Part shown: piece after piece, positions 23,753 to 35,201 of the stretch
Numbering within the stretch: the first letter of the stretch is position 1
Layout of the letters: every line of letters starts with the position of its first letter
NCBI GenBank assembly: GCA_047495785.1
Contig: JBLDXI010000034.1
Coordinates: forward strand, 1,178,001-1,242,000
DNA: 64,000 nt
Direction: 5' to 3'
From: Lepidodermella squamata
Taxonomy: Eukaryota > Animalia > Gastrotricha
Notes under the pieces: generated by a model
Told to the model about the DNA's origin: nothing
The model's input: only the letters and a program-made list of their open reading frames with translations
Databases searched by the model: none
Program-made: the position numbers and the translations under genes

Positions 23753-25305
23753 ATCTGCGATTGAATATTAAATTTTCTGAGGTTACTGTCGTTGCGAATT
23801 CGAGTGGTGTTCATTAGAACGCGCACTTCTGATATTTTTCAAAACAATTTTCTGGCTGCTTATTATTTTGGCTCTGGCAACATCGTCGGATATTTCAACA
23901 CGTCAACGCGATTACACCACTACTACTATCGAACTTCCCGAGCACGTGGCAATACTACAATCTATGAATGGCGTCTGGCTCTGCAAAGAAAACAAGCCCT
24001 TATAAAATAACAGGCCCTTCAACGACTGCACGCAAGTACTATAACAAACTCGATATCGAAGACCAGAAATACCTACTTCAAAACATTGGTATGGATGGTG
24101 TTAAAGAGGTACTCATGGTAGCTGATCACTTCCTCGACGAGGTCGCGACTCTAGATCCTGTCATGACCGATCTTCTGATTGGTATTATCGAAGCAAACGA
24201 AATCCGGGGGAGATACAACGAAATCAAGAGGAAGAAATCGAGAAGAACTGCAGAGACCCAAACCGACTGCCCTGAGCAACCGCCGGCAACGTGCAAATCC
24301 ACGCAAACGATTGAAGAAACACGGCCCAAACCAACGGTGCCGAAGAAGCAAATGACTGAAAAGATATTGGTGAAGACCGACCCGAAATGCGATCAGAAAC
24401 AACTGTGGTCAAGAATAGTGGCTGCGGCACCGGACGTCGACTTCAAGGGCTGCAAGCAGACGGCAGACATGCTGGAAATTCGTCTCGTTTCGAGCGATAA
24501 ATCTGCTCAGCTCTGTCAGAAGTTGGCATTGGACGGGGCCAAAGTCATTCCGCAACGACCGGCTAAATACCGAATCGTTCTGACCAACTTTGATGCGAAT
24601 GCCGTCACGGCGAGCCACATTACGGCTGTCTTTGGCGACAAACTGGCTAAGACTGTTACCCTTCGAGGCAACCAGTTGATGTTCGAACTAACTGACTACG
24701 ATCTAGCTGAACGAGCTGTTAAGAATGGCCTGACTGCGAAACCTTTTCTGCTGCGTTTTCGATGGTTTGTCGTTAAGACCCCTGAAGTTATTCAATGCTT
24801 TCGCTGCCAACGATACGGCCACATGGCGCGAAGCTGTTCAGAAGAAGAACGTTGTTTGAGATGTGGTCGGCAACACAACGTGATGATGTGCGTTCGGGCT
24901 GTTAGCTGCTGCAATTGCGGTGGTAAGCATGCCGCGAACTCGAGGGAATGCCCTCTGCGCCTGCCTTCGGCGGGCTGAAACGGAAACTGCACGTGGGAAA
25001 TTGTGATTTCGAAAGAAATTGCAATTTCAAGACGGGTCGAGTGGTAACTGGGATTTCTAACGAAATCCTAGTTGCCACTGCTCAAAATTCGGGAAAATTA
25101 AGGATGGGATAGTTGGGATTCCTTGGCGGGGTTGCCCTGGTTGGGTGGAGACGGGGGTTGGTTAAGCTGGTCCCGCCCGGCAGTGATGACCCACGCCTGA
25201 TCCGTCGTCTGTGATCTCACGATTGCAGTGGCGCTGTAGGGACCGCACTTGATTGGTCCGGTCGGCGCGGCTCTCTGAGCCAAATGCCCCAGTAGGTTAG
25301 GGGGG
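23753..25305 (+). mobile_element. Gag/ORF1-only non-autonomous retroelement
   Basis: Flanked by the 18-bp direct repeat GGCCCATATGCCGGCTGT (23735-23752, 25306-25323); one intact ORF1; no RT; ends AGTAGGTTAGGGGGG. Confidence 0.65.
23968..24978 (+). CDS. LINE ORF1/Gag-like nucleic-acid-binding protein with three CCHC zinc knuckles
   Basis: QCFRCQRYGHMARSC, RCLRCGRQHNVMMC and CCNCGGKHAANSREC, the pattern typical of Jockey/I/R1-group ORF1. Confidence 0.88.
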   Translation: MASGSAKKTSPYKITGPSTTARKYYNKLDIEDQKYLLQNIGMDGVKEVLMVADHFLDEVATLDPVMTDLLIGIIEANEIRGRYNEIKRKKSRRTAETQTDCPEQPPATCKSTQTIEETRPKPTVPKKQMTEKILVKTDPKCDQKQLWSRIVAAAPDVDFKGCKQTADMLEIRLVSSDKSAQLCQKLALDGAKVIPQRPAKYRIVLTNFDANAVTASHITAVFGDKLAKTVTLRGNQLMFELTDYDLAERAVKNGLTAKPFLLRFRWFVVKTPEVIQCFRCQRYGHMARSCSEEERCLRCGRQHNVMMCVRAVSCCNCGGKHAANSRECPLRLPSAG

Positions 25306-26649
25306 GGCCCATATGCCGGCTGTTGGAGATGCTAGAGGTTGCTTTATTGGCACCCCGAGGGCTCAAGTACCCATGGCTTGCCAGGCAAAACCTGGCGAGG
25401 GCTCCGATAGTACCCGGAAAACGGGTACCTTGAACCTGTCTCCTACTTTTGAAATATATCAGAAACAAAACTTCAAGTCAAATTTGATGGTTTTCATGCT
25501 TAAAGGTGCGTTTCTTTTTAGCCGTGTCACAATTCTTCTTAATGGGCCATAATTCTCCATAATGATGGGCTACTAAGGCTATCCTAAATGATGCATTGCG
25601 GCTGTTCGGAATGAGCCTTGAAAACAGTCTTAATGAACCTCTGTAGCTATGAAATTTTCACTAGGGAATACGGGTTTTCAAAAACCGCTGAACAAAAAAC
25701 CAGCGGAACAAAAAGCAAGATGCGTTGTAATGTTTACTTTTTGTACAGCGCCATGTACAACTGAAGTCCTACCCATTACCAGCCAAGATGGCTGATTGCA
25801 CGACCTTTGGTTTGGTCTCCATGCAATTATCGAGAGAGTTATCGAGGGAACACTGTAAAATGTAGAACGTTAGAAATGAAATAGCTGCCGCTTCTTGTTA
25901 TAGGCATCTTCTTCCCCTCGGCACTTTTCAAAGACGGACAAAATCGTTATCACAGTCACAAACAAAACAGTATACCGTATATCGTTAGCGACGCGCCAAA
26001 ACAACCACTTTACTATTTTTAGATCATAATATGAAATTACGATCGGCCCCATCGGCGGCGGAACGTAAATGGCATATTACGATTTTTGGTGAACGTAATG
26101 GTTTTTAACGACGTAGCCGTGGTTCACTTGTACGATCTGAACGTATAATTACTGAACGTACAAATTATTACGACCGGCGCGTAAAGTTTAATAACGATTT
26201 TGGCGTAAAAGCAAACAGCGATTCGAATGTAAGATTTGGTACAATTCGATAGTAACAATAGAATACAGCCTCGACGTAAATGCGATGTACCATTCGATAG
26301 TAACGTTTTTTTACGTTTGAAGGTAAATAAAATATACGATCGGCTCACACTACTTACAAATTCGGCGTGTTTCCATTCATGATCCAGAGACGCCGTAATA
26401 CAACGTGTAATACAAGATCAAAATAATATGTGTTTCGATATACTTATATACTAAAACCATTTATAAAAGAAGCATGCTTCATCTTACGTTTACACTTGAA
26501 AAGATAACAAGCATCATACCGAATAATTTGCATTGCTTTGATGACATACGATTTCAGAAAATGCAGTCCTCCTTTGCAATTTCATCAGAATATCAGCGAA
26601 TTATTATAATTTTTTAATTAAAGTTGAAATAGACTTTACGTGTCATCGA

Positions 26650-27432
26650 ATGACGGAAAAAGTCGTCAAGGTTATAATAGATGAACATTGCTGCTATTTT
26701 ACGTTGTCCGCTGATGACAATCTATTTACCAGCCTTCTTAATCGAGCACAGGCAAAATTCAACCTTCCGGTGGGACAGTTTTACTGGTTCGACGGTACAC
26801 ATGTCGTACCAATAGCCGACGAAGAGGATTTGATTGCTGTGGCTCATGCCTCCAGTAAGCCCACCTTGGTAGCTGGGCCTGCGGTGACGTTGCGACCACT
26901 TCATCGCCAAGCTACTATGGAGATATTCGCAATCAACCCAGCTGACGTGAGGCAACGGCCAGCGGTCATGTCGTGGGCCAAACGACAGGCCGAGTCTGTT
27001 GATGCCGTTACGAAAAGTTTTTCTTCCATGTCCATCTCAACACCAACTCCGGCTCCACCAGCATTACCTACTTGCTCAACTCCCGTTTTTTCCTCACCTC
27101 CACCTGTCGCCACTACATCAACCAGTGGACCCTTTCCAGGGTGGGAGCCTTCTCTCAGCGGTGGAAAAATTGGAGGCAAACCGCACGCGCCGTACACGCC
27201 GAGCGATGACTACCACGCCCGAAAATTATGTTTACACCTTATAAAAAATTGTCATAACACCGCTTGGGTGAAGTTCATCGCTGAAGAGGATGAACGTAAA
27301 CAATTTTTAGAAGATCATTTTCCTGGAAAGTCGTGGGCCGATTTATTCGGTAGCCGTGAAAACACGGCCGTTGCTGCGCGCGCTAATCTTTTTAAAAACG
27401 AAGCGCAACTTGCCATGAAAATGGGTCTTTAG
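26650..27432 (+). CDS. Transposon cargo ORF: PB1-like domain, Pro/Ser/Thr linker, unknown C-terminal domain (copy 1)
   Basis: Intact 260 aa; N-terminal KVVKV basic strand and OPCA-like FYWFDGTHVVPIADEEDLIAV. Confidence 0.6.
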   Translation: MTEKVVKVIIDEHCCYFTLSADDNLFTSLLNRAQAKFNLPVGQFYWFDGTHVVPIADEEDLIAVAHASSKPTLVAGPAVTLRPLHRQATMEIFAINPADVRQRPAVMSWAKRQAESVDAVTKSFSSMSISTPTPAPPALPTCSTPVFSSPPPVATTSTSGPFPGWEPSLSGGKIGGKPHAPYTPSDDYHARKLCLHLIKNCHNTAWVKFIAEEDERKQFLEDHFPGKSWADLFGSRENTAVAARANLFKNEAQLAMKMGL

Positions 27433-29289
27433 GTGTTCAATGGCATCTAGGAACAATGACAAAGCATAATCAGAAGAGGTATAATGCATTTTTCATTTTT
27501 GTTATTATAAAACTTAGATAATTTTTGAATAATTGAATTATCTGGCAATGGCCGCTAACGAACCAGCAAAAAGTTGCAATTCCCTGAAAGTTGTTTGCCT
27601 TGCGTCAATTTGTTATTTTTGCAGTGCTTTATACCTTGGAGGAGGCGCGTGTCATTTTGAAAATGGAGGACAGCAAGTCCAAGAGGCGGGAAGCGGCGTT
27701 GAATCAACCTAGGCACCCGAATAAGCGGTTTGCTCCAACAAAGGATACGCCTCAAAAACACATAGCTGGTTATCGGCTGACTTGCCAGCTTTGTTTGAGC
27801 ACTTTCGCTCAACTGGGTGGTTTGAGGGCTTATCTAAAAAAGAGCTTAAAAAAATTGTGAATGTGCTATCTACTGATGATGTTAACAAGTTGATATTATG
27901 GGCTAAAAACGAGATCAAAAAAGAGAAGGCGCTCTTTTTAGGGGGGGCCCATATGCCGGCTGTTGGAGATGCTAGAGGTTGCTTTATTGGCACCCCGAGG
28001 GCTCAAGTACCCATGGCTTGCCAGGCAAAACCTGGCGAGGGCTCCGATAGTACCCGGAAAACGGGTACCTTGAACCTGTCTCCTACTTTTGAAATATATC
28101 AGAAACAAAACTTCAAGTCAAATTTGATGGTTTTCATGCTTAAAGGTGCGTTTCTTTTTAGCCGTGTCACAATTCTTCTTAATGGGCCATAATTCTCCAT
28201 AATGATGGGCTACTAAGGCTATCCTAAATGATGCATTGCGGCTGTTCGGAATGAGCCTTGAAAACAGTCTTAATGAACCTCTGTAGCTATGAAATTTTCA
28301 CTAGGGAATACGGGTTTTCAAAAACCGCTGAACAAAAAACCAGCGGAACAAAAAGCAAGATGCGTTGTAATGTTTACTTTTTGTACAGCGCCATGTACAA
28401 CTGAAGTCCTACCCATTACCAGCCAAGATGGCTGATTGCACGACCTTTGGTTTGGTCTCCATGCAATTATCGAGAGAGTTATCGAGGGAACACTGTAAAA
28501 TGTAGAACGTTAGAAATGAAATAGCTGCCGCTTCTTGTTATAGGCATCTTCTTCCCCTCGGCACTTTTCAAAGACGGACAAAATCGTTATCACAGTCACA
28601 AACAAAACAGTATACCGTATATCGTTAGCGACGCGCCAAAACAACCACTTTACTATTTTTAGATCATAATATGAAATTACGATCGGCCCCATCGGCGGCG
28701 GAACGTAAATGGCATATTACGATTTTTGGTGAACGTAATGGTTTTTAACGACGTAGCCGTGGTTCACTTGTACGATCTGAACGTATAATTACTGAACGTA
28801 CAAATTATTACGACCGGCGCGTAAAGTTTAATAACGATTTTGGCGTAAAAGCAAACAGCGATTCGAATGTAAGATTTGGTACAATTCGATAGTAACAATA
28901 GAATACAGCCTCGACGTAAATGCGATGTACCATTCGATAGTAACGTTTTTTTACGTTTGAAGGTAAATAAAATATACGATCGGCTCACACTACTTACAAA
29001 TTCGGCGTGTTTCCATTCATGATCCAGAGACGCCGTAATACAACGTGTAATACAAGATCAAAATAATATGTGTTTCGATATACTTATATACTAAAACCAT
29101 TTATAAAAGAAGCATGCTTCATCTTACGTTTACACTTGAAAAGATAACAAGCATCATACCGAATAATTTGCATTGCTTTGATGACATACGATTTCAGAAA
29201 ATGCAGTCCTCCTTTGCAATTTCATCAGAATATCAGCGAATTATTATAATTTTTTAATTAAAGTTGAAATAGACTTTACGTGTCATCGA

Positions 29290-30072
29290 ATGACGGAAAA
29301 AGTCGTCAAGGTTATAATAGATGAACATTGCTGCTATTTTACGTTGTCCGCTGATGACAATCTATTTACCAGCCTTCTTAATCGAGCACAGGCAAAATTC
29401 AACCTTCCGGTGGGACAGTTTTACTGGTTCGACGGTACACATGTCGTACCAATAGCCGACGAAGAGGATTTGATTGCTGTGGCTCATGCCTCCAGTAAGC
29501 CCACCTTGGTAGCTGGGCCTGCGGTGACGTTGCGACCACTTCATCGCCAAGCTACTATGGAGATATTCGCAATCAACCCAGCTGACGTGAGGCAACGGCC
29601 AGCGGTCATGTCGTGGGCCAAACGACAGGCCGAGTCTGTTGATGCCGTTACGAAAAGTTTTTCTTCCATGTCCATCTCAACACCAACTCCGGCTCCACCA
29701 GCATTACCTACTTGCTCAACTCCCGTTTTTTCCTCACCTCCACCTGTCGCCACTACATCAACCAGTGGACCCTTTCCAGGGTGGGAGCCTTCTCTCAGCG
29801 GTGGAAAAATTGGAGGCAAACCGCACGCGCCGTACACGCCGAGCGATGACTACCACGCCCGAAAATTATGTTTACACCTTATAAAAAATTGTCATAACAC
29901 CGCTTGGGTGAAGTTCATCGCTGAAGAGGATGAACGTAAACAATTTTTAGAAGATCATTTTCCTGGAAAGTCGTGGGCCGATTTATTCGGTAGCCGTGAA
30001 AACACGGCCGTTGCTGCGCGCGCTAATCTTTTTAAAAACGAAGCGCAACTTGCCATGAAAATGGGTCTTTAG
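29290..30072 (+). CDS. Transposon cargo ORF, PB1-like (copy 2, identical translation)
   Basis: Same 260-aa translation as 26650..27432. Confidence 0.6.
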   Translation: MTEKVVKVIIDEHCCYFTLSADDNLFTSLLNRAQAKFNLPVGQFYWFDGTHVVPIADEEDLIAVAHASSKPTLVAGPAVTLRPLHRQATMEIFAINPADVRQRPAVMSWAKRQAESVDAVTKSFSSMSISTPTPAPPALPTCSTPVFSSPPPVATTSTSGPFPGWEPSLSGGKIGGKPHAPYTPSDDYHARKLCLHLIKNCHNTAWVKFIAEEDERKQFLEDHFPGKSWADLFGSRENTAVAARANLFKNEAQLAMKMGL

Positions 30073-30302
30073 GTGTTCAATGGCATCTAGGAACAATGAC
30101 AAAGCATAATCAGAAGAGGTATAATGCATTTTTCATTTTTGTTATTATAAAACTTAGATAATTTTTGAATAATTGAATTATCTGGCAATGGCCGCTAACG
30201 AACCAGCAAAAAGTTGCAATTCCCTGAAAGTTGTTTGCCTTGCGTCAATTTGTTATTTTTGCAGTGCTTTATACCTTGGAGGAGGCGCGTGTCATTTTGA
30301 AA

Positions 30303-32662
30303 ATGGAGGACAGCAAGTCCAAGAGGCGGGAAGCGGCGTTGAATCAACCTAGGCACCCGAATAAGCGGTTTGCTCCAACAAAGGATACGCCTCAAAAACA
30401 CATAGCTGGTTATCGGCTGACTTGCCAGCTTTGTTTGAGCACTTTCGCTCAACTGGGTGGTTTGAGGGCTTATCTAAAAAAGAGCTTAAAAAAATTGTGA
30501 ATGTGCTATCTACTGATGATGTTAACAAGTTGATATTATGGGCTAAAAACGAGATCAAAAAAGAGAAGGCGAGCAAAAAAAGGCCTAACTCGATGGAGGT
30601 TGATCCCAAAAACTATTAAGAGTAGGCATCTTTTTCCGAGCTTGATTTATATTATTTTATTTTTTTAGATGAAAAATTTAAAACGCAAATTAGACGAGGC
30701 GACGCGCCAACTATACGACCTTTCCATCCTTGACTTTCATGATGATGAAACGGCGAGCGATGTCTCAGATCCTGACCCATCCAGGTTTTCGGACAACGAG
30801 ACAACTGGCATGACATTAGAAGAGTTTGATCAAGTTCCGCGACTGCTCAATCCGGCTAAAAAGCAGAAACGCTCAGAGAAAAGGGATAGGTCCAAAATAT
30901 GCAGAGCGAAGGGCGAGGTTTATACCTCGCGCGACTCTGGTATCGTCAGAGCGGCTCGACTTTCTACATTTGTGAAGTGTAAACGTTGTGCAAATTATTG
31001 TTCTGAATTCGATAAAAATTCCCTTGATGCAATTTATAGAGAATTTCGTTTATCTGGCAACCTTGAGGGACAAAAGGCTTTTGTTCACCGTTATGTGGAG
31101 AAAGGTGAAAAAAACCAAAGAATGAAGTACCATTTACCCGGCAATTTTTCCAAATAAAAAAAATCCGTAGAAAAAATTCCTGTATGTGCTACTTTTTTTC
31201 AAAATGCGCTGGGTATCAAGCGGCAATTTGTGAGGTCCACTTTAGCAAACCTCGGCCCGCTAGGATTGCCTCGACCTGATCAGCGAGGACGCCATGGTAA
31301 TATCAAGCGTAAAATTTCGAATATTCAAATGGAACATGTTGTGGCGCATATTAAGTCTATTCCAAAAACACCAAGCCATTGGTGTCGAAAAAATTCTTCC
31401 AAAATTTATTCGCACGAAGAAACCACAAAATCTGCACTGTATCGCAAGTATCTAGCATATTGCGAGGAAAACCCAACGGGAGAAACACCTCTTGGTCTCA
31501 CTTCTTACAAACGGATTCTCCGCGAAGCGTTTCCGGATTTTGGTCTGAAACCACTGGCCAAGGACAAATGCACCCTGTGCCGGAAATACCGCTCGCTGCC
31601 CTTGCACAAGCGACATCAAAAGCGAGAACGGATTTATAAAGCTCATCGACATGACGTAAATACATCAAGGCGGTCGAGAGACTTCGACAAAAAGTACTCA
31701 AAAAGCTCCAATGGCGAAGTTGTTATGATCCAATTTGACCTGGAAGCAAAGCTGATGAGTCCTGCTCACGACATTCCTTACAAACGGAAGCTTGCTACTT
31801 CAAATTTCAGTATATTTCGAAATGTCATTGATACTATATTTATTTTAACAATTTAATTTAAAATTTTTATAGCGATTTACGACGTTGTGTCCAAGGAGTG
31901 CTATTGTTTTTTATTCGACGAATTTGAAGCAACTGCTCAGGTAACTCAGGTTTCTCAGGTAACAAGAGTCAATACGTTGCGAATGCCTTATTCTACGCAT
32001 TATTCAACTCCAAACTGGAGAATATATATCAAAGGTTTTTCATACCCGGCCACACTATGATGGAATGTGATGCCATGCACTCCCTAATCGAACGATGCGC
32101 CAAGCGGAGAAATTACCCCATAACTCACTGCTTTGATTGGCGTTCGATTGCTTTAGCTGCTCGGCCTTCACAGCCGTTTATAATCAAAGACATGTATCAC
32201 GAAGATTTCTATGATTTCAAAAAGACTCCGAATTTCACCTCGCGATTGCGGAAGTTGGTCAGAACCGAAAAAACATCGAGTTTGGCGGTGCCTTGGAGCG
32301 AAGGCCGCTGGTTCTGGTTCAGCAAGCTGAGGCCAGATAAGTTTTTCGTTCGAGAAGGCTACGAACCCCATTGCCCGTGGAAGGTGTATGTCGCTAGAAC
32401 GTCTGCTAAACCGAAAGGTCCTCCAACAAAATCATACCCAAAGCCACGAGGAGTCACAGCCGCCCTTAAGAATGACCTACTGGAAATGCTGGACATGGGC
32501 ATTATCCCAGAAACTTACGAGGATCATATTGAATCATTACCTTTTGTTGACGGAGATGAGGCCACTACTGCTGGGAAGAAACGTAAAACTGCCTTGCCTT
32601 CGGGAAAGCCGAGAAAGCGCGCAAGAAATGCATTTGATAGCGAAGACTCCGATGATGACTGA
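30303..32662 (+). pseudogene. Degenerate Sola-like DDD transposase (spliced)
   Basis: Motifs DQRGRHGN, HIKSIPKTPSHWCRK, KDKCTLC, FDLEAKL, YKRKL, NCSG..NKS, GHTMMECDAMHSLIE. Stop at 31155-31157, frameshift in the 5' exon, and an apparent deletion of the second catalytic Asp region near 31930. Confidence 0.78.
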
Positions 32663-34111
32663 AATCTGTCTAGTTTTCATTTTGAATTTTTCATAACAAA
32701 TAAAAAATGGGCGAGATCTTACGTGCTCTTATTAACATTGAAATTATTTAAAAAGAAGCAGCAGATAAAAACACGGTCAATTAAGAATCAGGTATTACGA
32801 TTTCCCTTTGACGGAGATCGACGGAGAACAACGAATGGCATTGCGGTTTAATTGGACGTGAAGTTTGAGCGTGTTTTATTAATGTTTCAAACGTAATTCT
32901 ATTTTACGATTTGAAGGTATCAGGTATCTACGTCTAGAAGGTACAGATCTGTTACGCTCAAATCGTATCAGTTGAGTACCGCCCGATGGTACCTAACCAA
33001 CACGTTCCTATCGTATTAGATATTTACCGCGCGATGGTGATTTCATTTTACGGGTGCAACGTACTTTCAAAGTACGATGTGAACGTACCTAATGTTACAG
33101 CTTAGTTGTGGTTTTAGCTTACGATACTAACGTAGTTGATATTTACATTTCTAACGTATTTGCATCGTACTTCCGATTACGCTTTTGTAGTAAAAAAGGG
33201 TACGTTACGAACGTAAAAACGGTTTACATTCAACCCCCAGAAAAGCCTAACGTACTTCATCATTACGTCAGGCTCCTAAAATACGATCGAATGAGTCATC
33301 TAAGTGGTTGTTTTGGCGCGTCGCTAACGATATGCCGAATTATTATCCCATGCTCAATTTAATTCCCCAGCCGGTTTAAGCCCCCAGTTTCCAGGTCATT
33401 TAAAACAATAAGATCCCTCGCCTACAATTGAAGCCCCCGACACAAATTGAAATGCCGCGCGAGAATATTTTGCATTCATTTTCAATTGCGTAACCACTTA
33501 ACTGGTCACAAAATCGTTTGCGAATTTGAATTGCGAGAAATCACTCATTTTTATGACGAATTGAAACTTGAAAACTTTGCTTGAAGACGATGAAAATTGA
33601 AAAAAATCTTCCTGACCATCGAAGAAAATAAAAAAAAACGAAAACGACTTGTCTGCCGATGAAATTTGGTTTTTGATTTCATGAACGTTCAATTTCTTGT
33701 TGATTCTATTTGTGCTGAGCAGCTTCAAACTTACCCTCAGTACCCTCAGTACCCTCAGTACCCCTTAATAAATAGTACCCTCAGCCAGTTGTTGGTTGCT
33801 TTGAAACAATAAGATATTCAGGATATTAATTCGGCATATACGTTACGTATCTAGAAAGACAGCTTACAATCACAGCCAATCTATGTAAATATGTGACAAT
33901 TAGCGGGTGGGTGCAAAAACGTAAGCTAACACGACGCAGCAAGTGGGTGTAAATAGTCATTTAACACAGCACTCAGTGTAGATAGCCATATAAGTGCGTA
34001 GGTCATTGAAGTCACGTGAGGACTGCTGATAAGTTAAGGCCAGACAAGAATTAACGGAACCAGAGATTTCAATTCCAGTGATAAAAAACCGTCTCAGAAA
34101 ATCTATGAACT

Positions 34112-35034
34112 ATGTCTTCCGTTGAAAACTTTGAATTGGACGTGCCAAGCGATTCCCAACGAATGACGTTTTCCAAGAATGTAATATGGTTTGTGGGACT
34201 GATACTAGCGGTCATTTTCGCAGCGGCACATCTTCTAACCGGAATATTTGGTCTGAAACTTAATGCCAAATCATTACTTACTTTGGACCTCCCATTACAG
34301 CGTTGCATTTGCTTTCGACTGACTTCGAGCCGATTAAGAAGTTCTCAATAACGTACTTCAAATCAAACAAACTGACGTTCCATTTGTTCACCGGTATCTT
34401 GCTGACCATCTCCTGCCTGGGCATTGTAGCGTCGTTGTTCGTGCCGATTATTACTTTGCCATTTTACCGTACATCAAAGGCTAGGGTCATCGCTGGGACC
34501 GCCTTTTACACGCTGATGATTTTTTTCGCAGCGCTATACTTCGTCTTTGGTTTGATGAGCATGATAATGGGAGGCACGTTACCCCTCGAACATACCCTAA
34601 ATGAAGAAGCGTCTGGCAGATATGATTATTCAAATGGTATGTATCCCCTTTTGTTAGCGTACGGGAATGAAAACTACGGTTGCTGCGGGGTTTACGATCT
34701 TCCTAATGGCTGCGATCAGCATTACCCAGGAGCGGAGAATGGTGCATGCAAAATTGGCAGTTTAGCGTGTTCCAAGGGCTGCTTGAGAGCCATTTACTCG
34801 AATGATGTCGAAATGTTCCAGACACCGGTTCGCGTCTTCCTCTTCCTTCTCACTGCAACGTCGGTTGGCTTGGTCGGATGGGGCTATTTCTCTAACAAGG
34901 ATTCGAAGCTGCTGAAGTTAGCAATCCCATGTGCTGGTGTAGTGAGTGTAGCAATATTTAAACCATTTAAAACCACTAGCAGCTTTTCAACCCTCCTAAG
35001 TATGAACAACCTGTAGAGTACACAGGGTGTCTAA
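34112..35034 (+). CDS. Tetraspanin-like gene A, copy 1 (3 exons)
   Basis: Exon 1 from ATG 34112 with TM1; intron 34251-34300; main exon with YGCCGVYDLPNGCDQHYPG...CSKGCL and TM4; last exon STQGV-stop. Confidence 0.75.
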
Positions 35035-35201
35035 GTGCTAATCTCAGCGCTGGGAAATGGTGTTTATTCGAGAAAAACGGATAGACCACTAGAGTTGGCT
35101 TGATGATATGTGATGAGCTGGGACCTGTTTTATGGGGGACTGACACAAAACTGCCCTACATCAATATCAATTATTTGCTAAGCATCACTTGTAGCAAAAC
35201 A

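Larger units (their letters stand above)
25297..30571 (+). repeat. Near-perfect 2640-bp tandem duplication (25297-27931 / 27938-30571)
   Basis: Identical ORF translations offset by 2640 bp (for example 26650 and 29290); short junction filler at 27932-27937. Confidence 0.95.
25975..33337 (+). mobile_element. Sola-like (Sola1-type) DNA transposon with duplicated left end (left TIRs at 25975 and 28615)
   Basis: TIR core ATATCGTTAGCGACGCGCCAAAACAACCACTT, with its reverse complement at 33302-33333; TACG/CGTA-rich subterminal regions; transposase relic inside; empty orthologous site at about 51224. Confidence 0.8.

Noticed and set aside
5385-24320. Functional link between the DLC-like gene and the TQT motifs of the Gag protein
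   Set aside because: The DLC-like protein appears secreted and the element is a later insertion; proximity is probably coincidental.
25313-26348. Small ORFs repeated identically in the duplication (79, 60 and 74 aa)
   Set aside because: Their identity reflects the recent duplication, not conservation; no domain signal.
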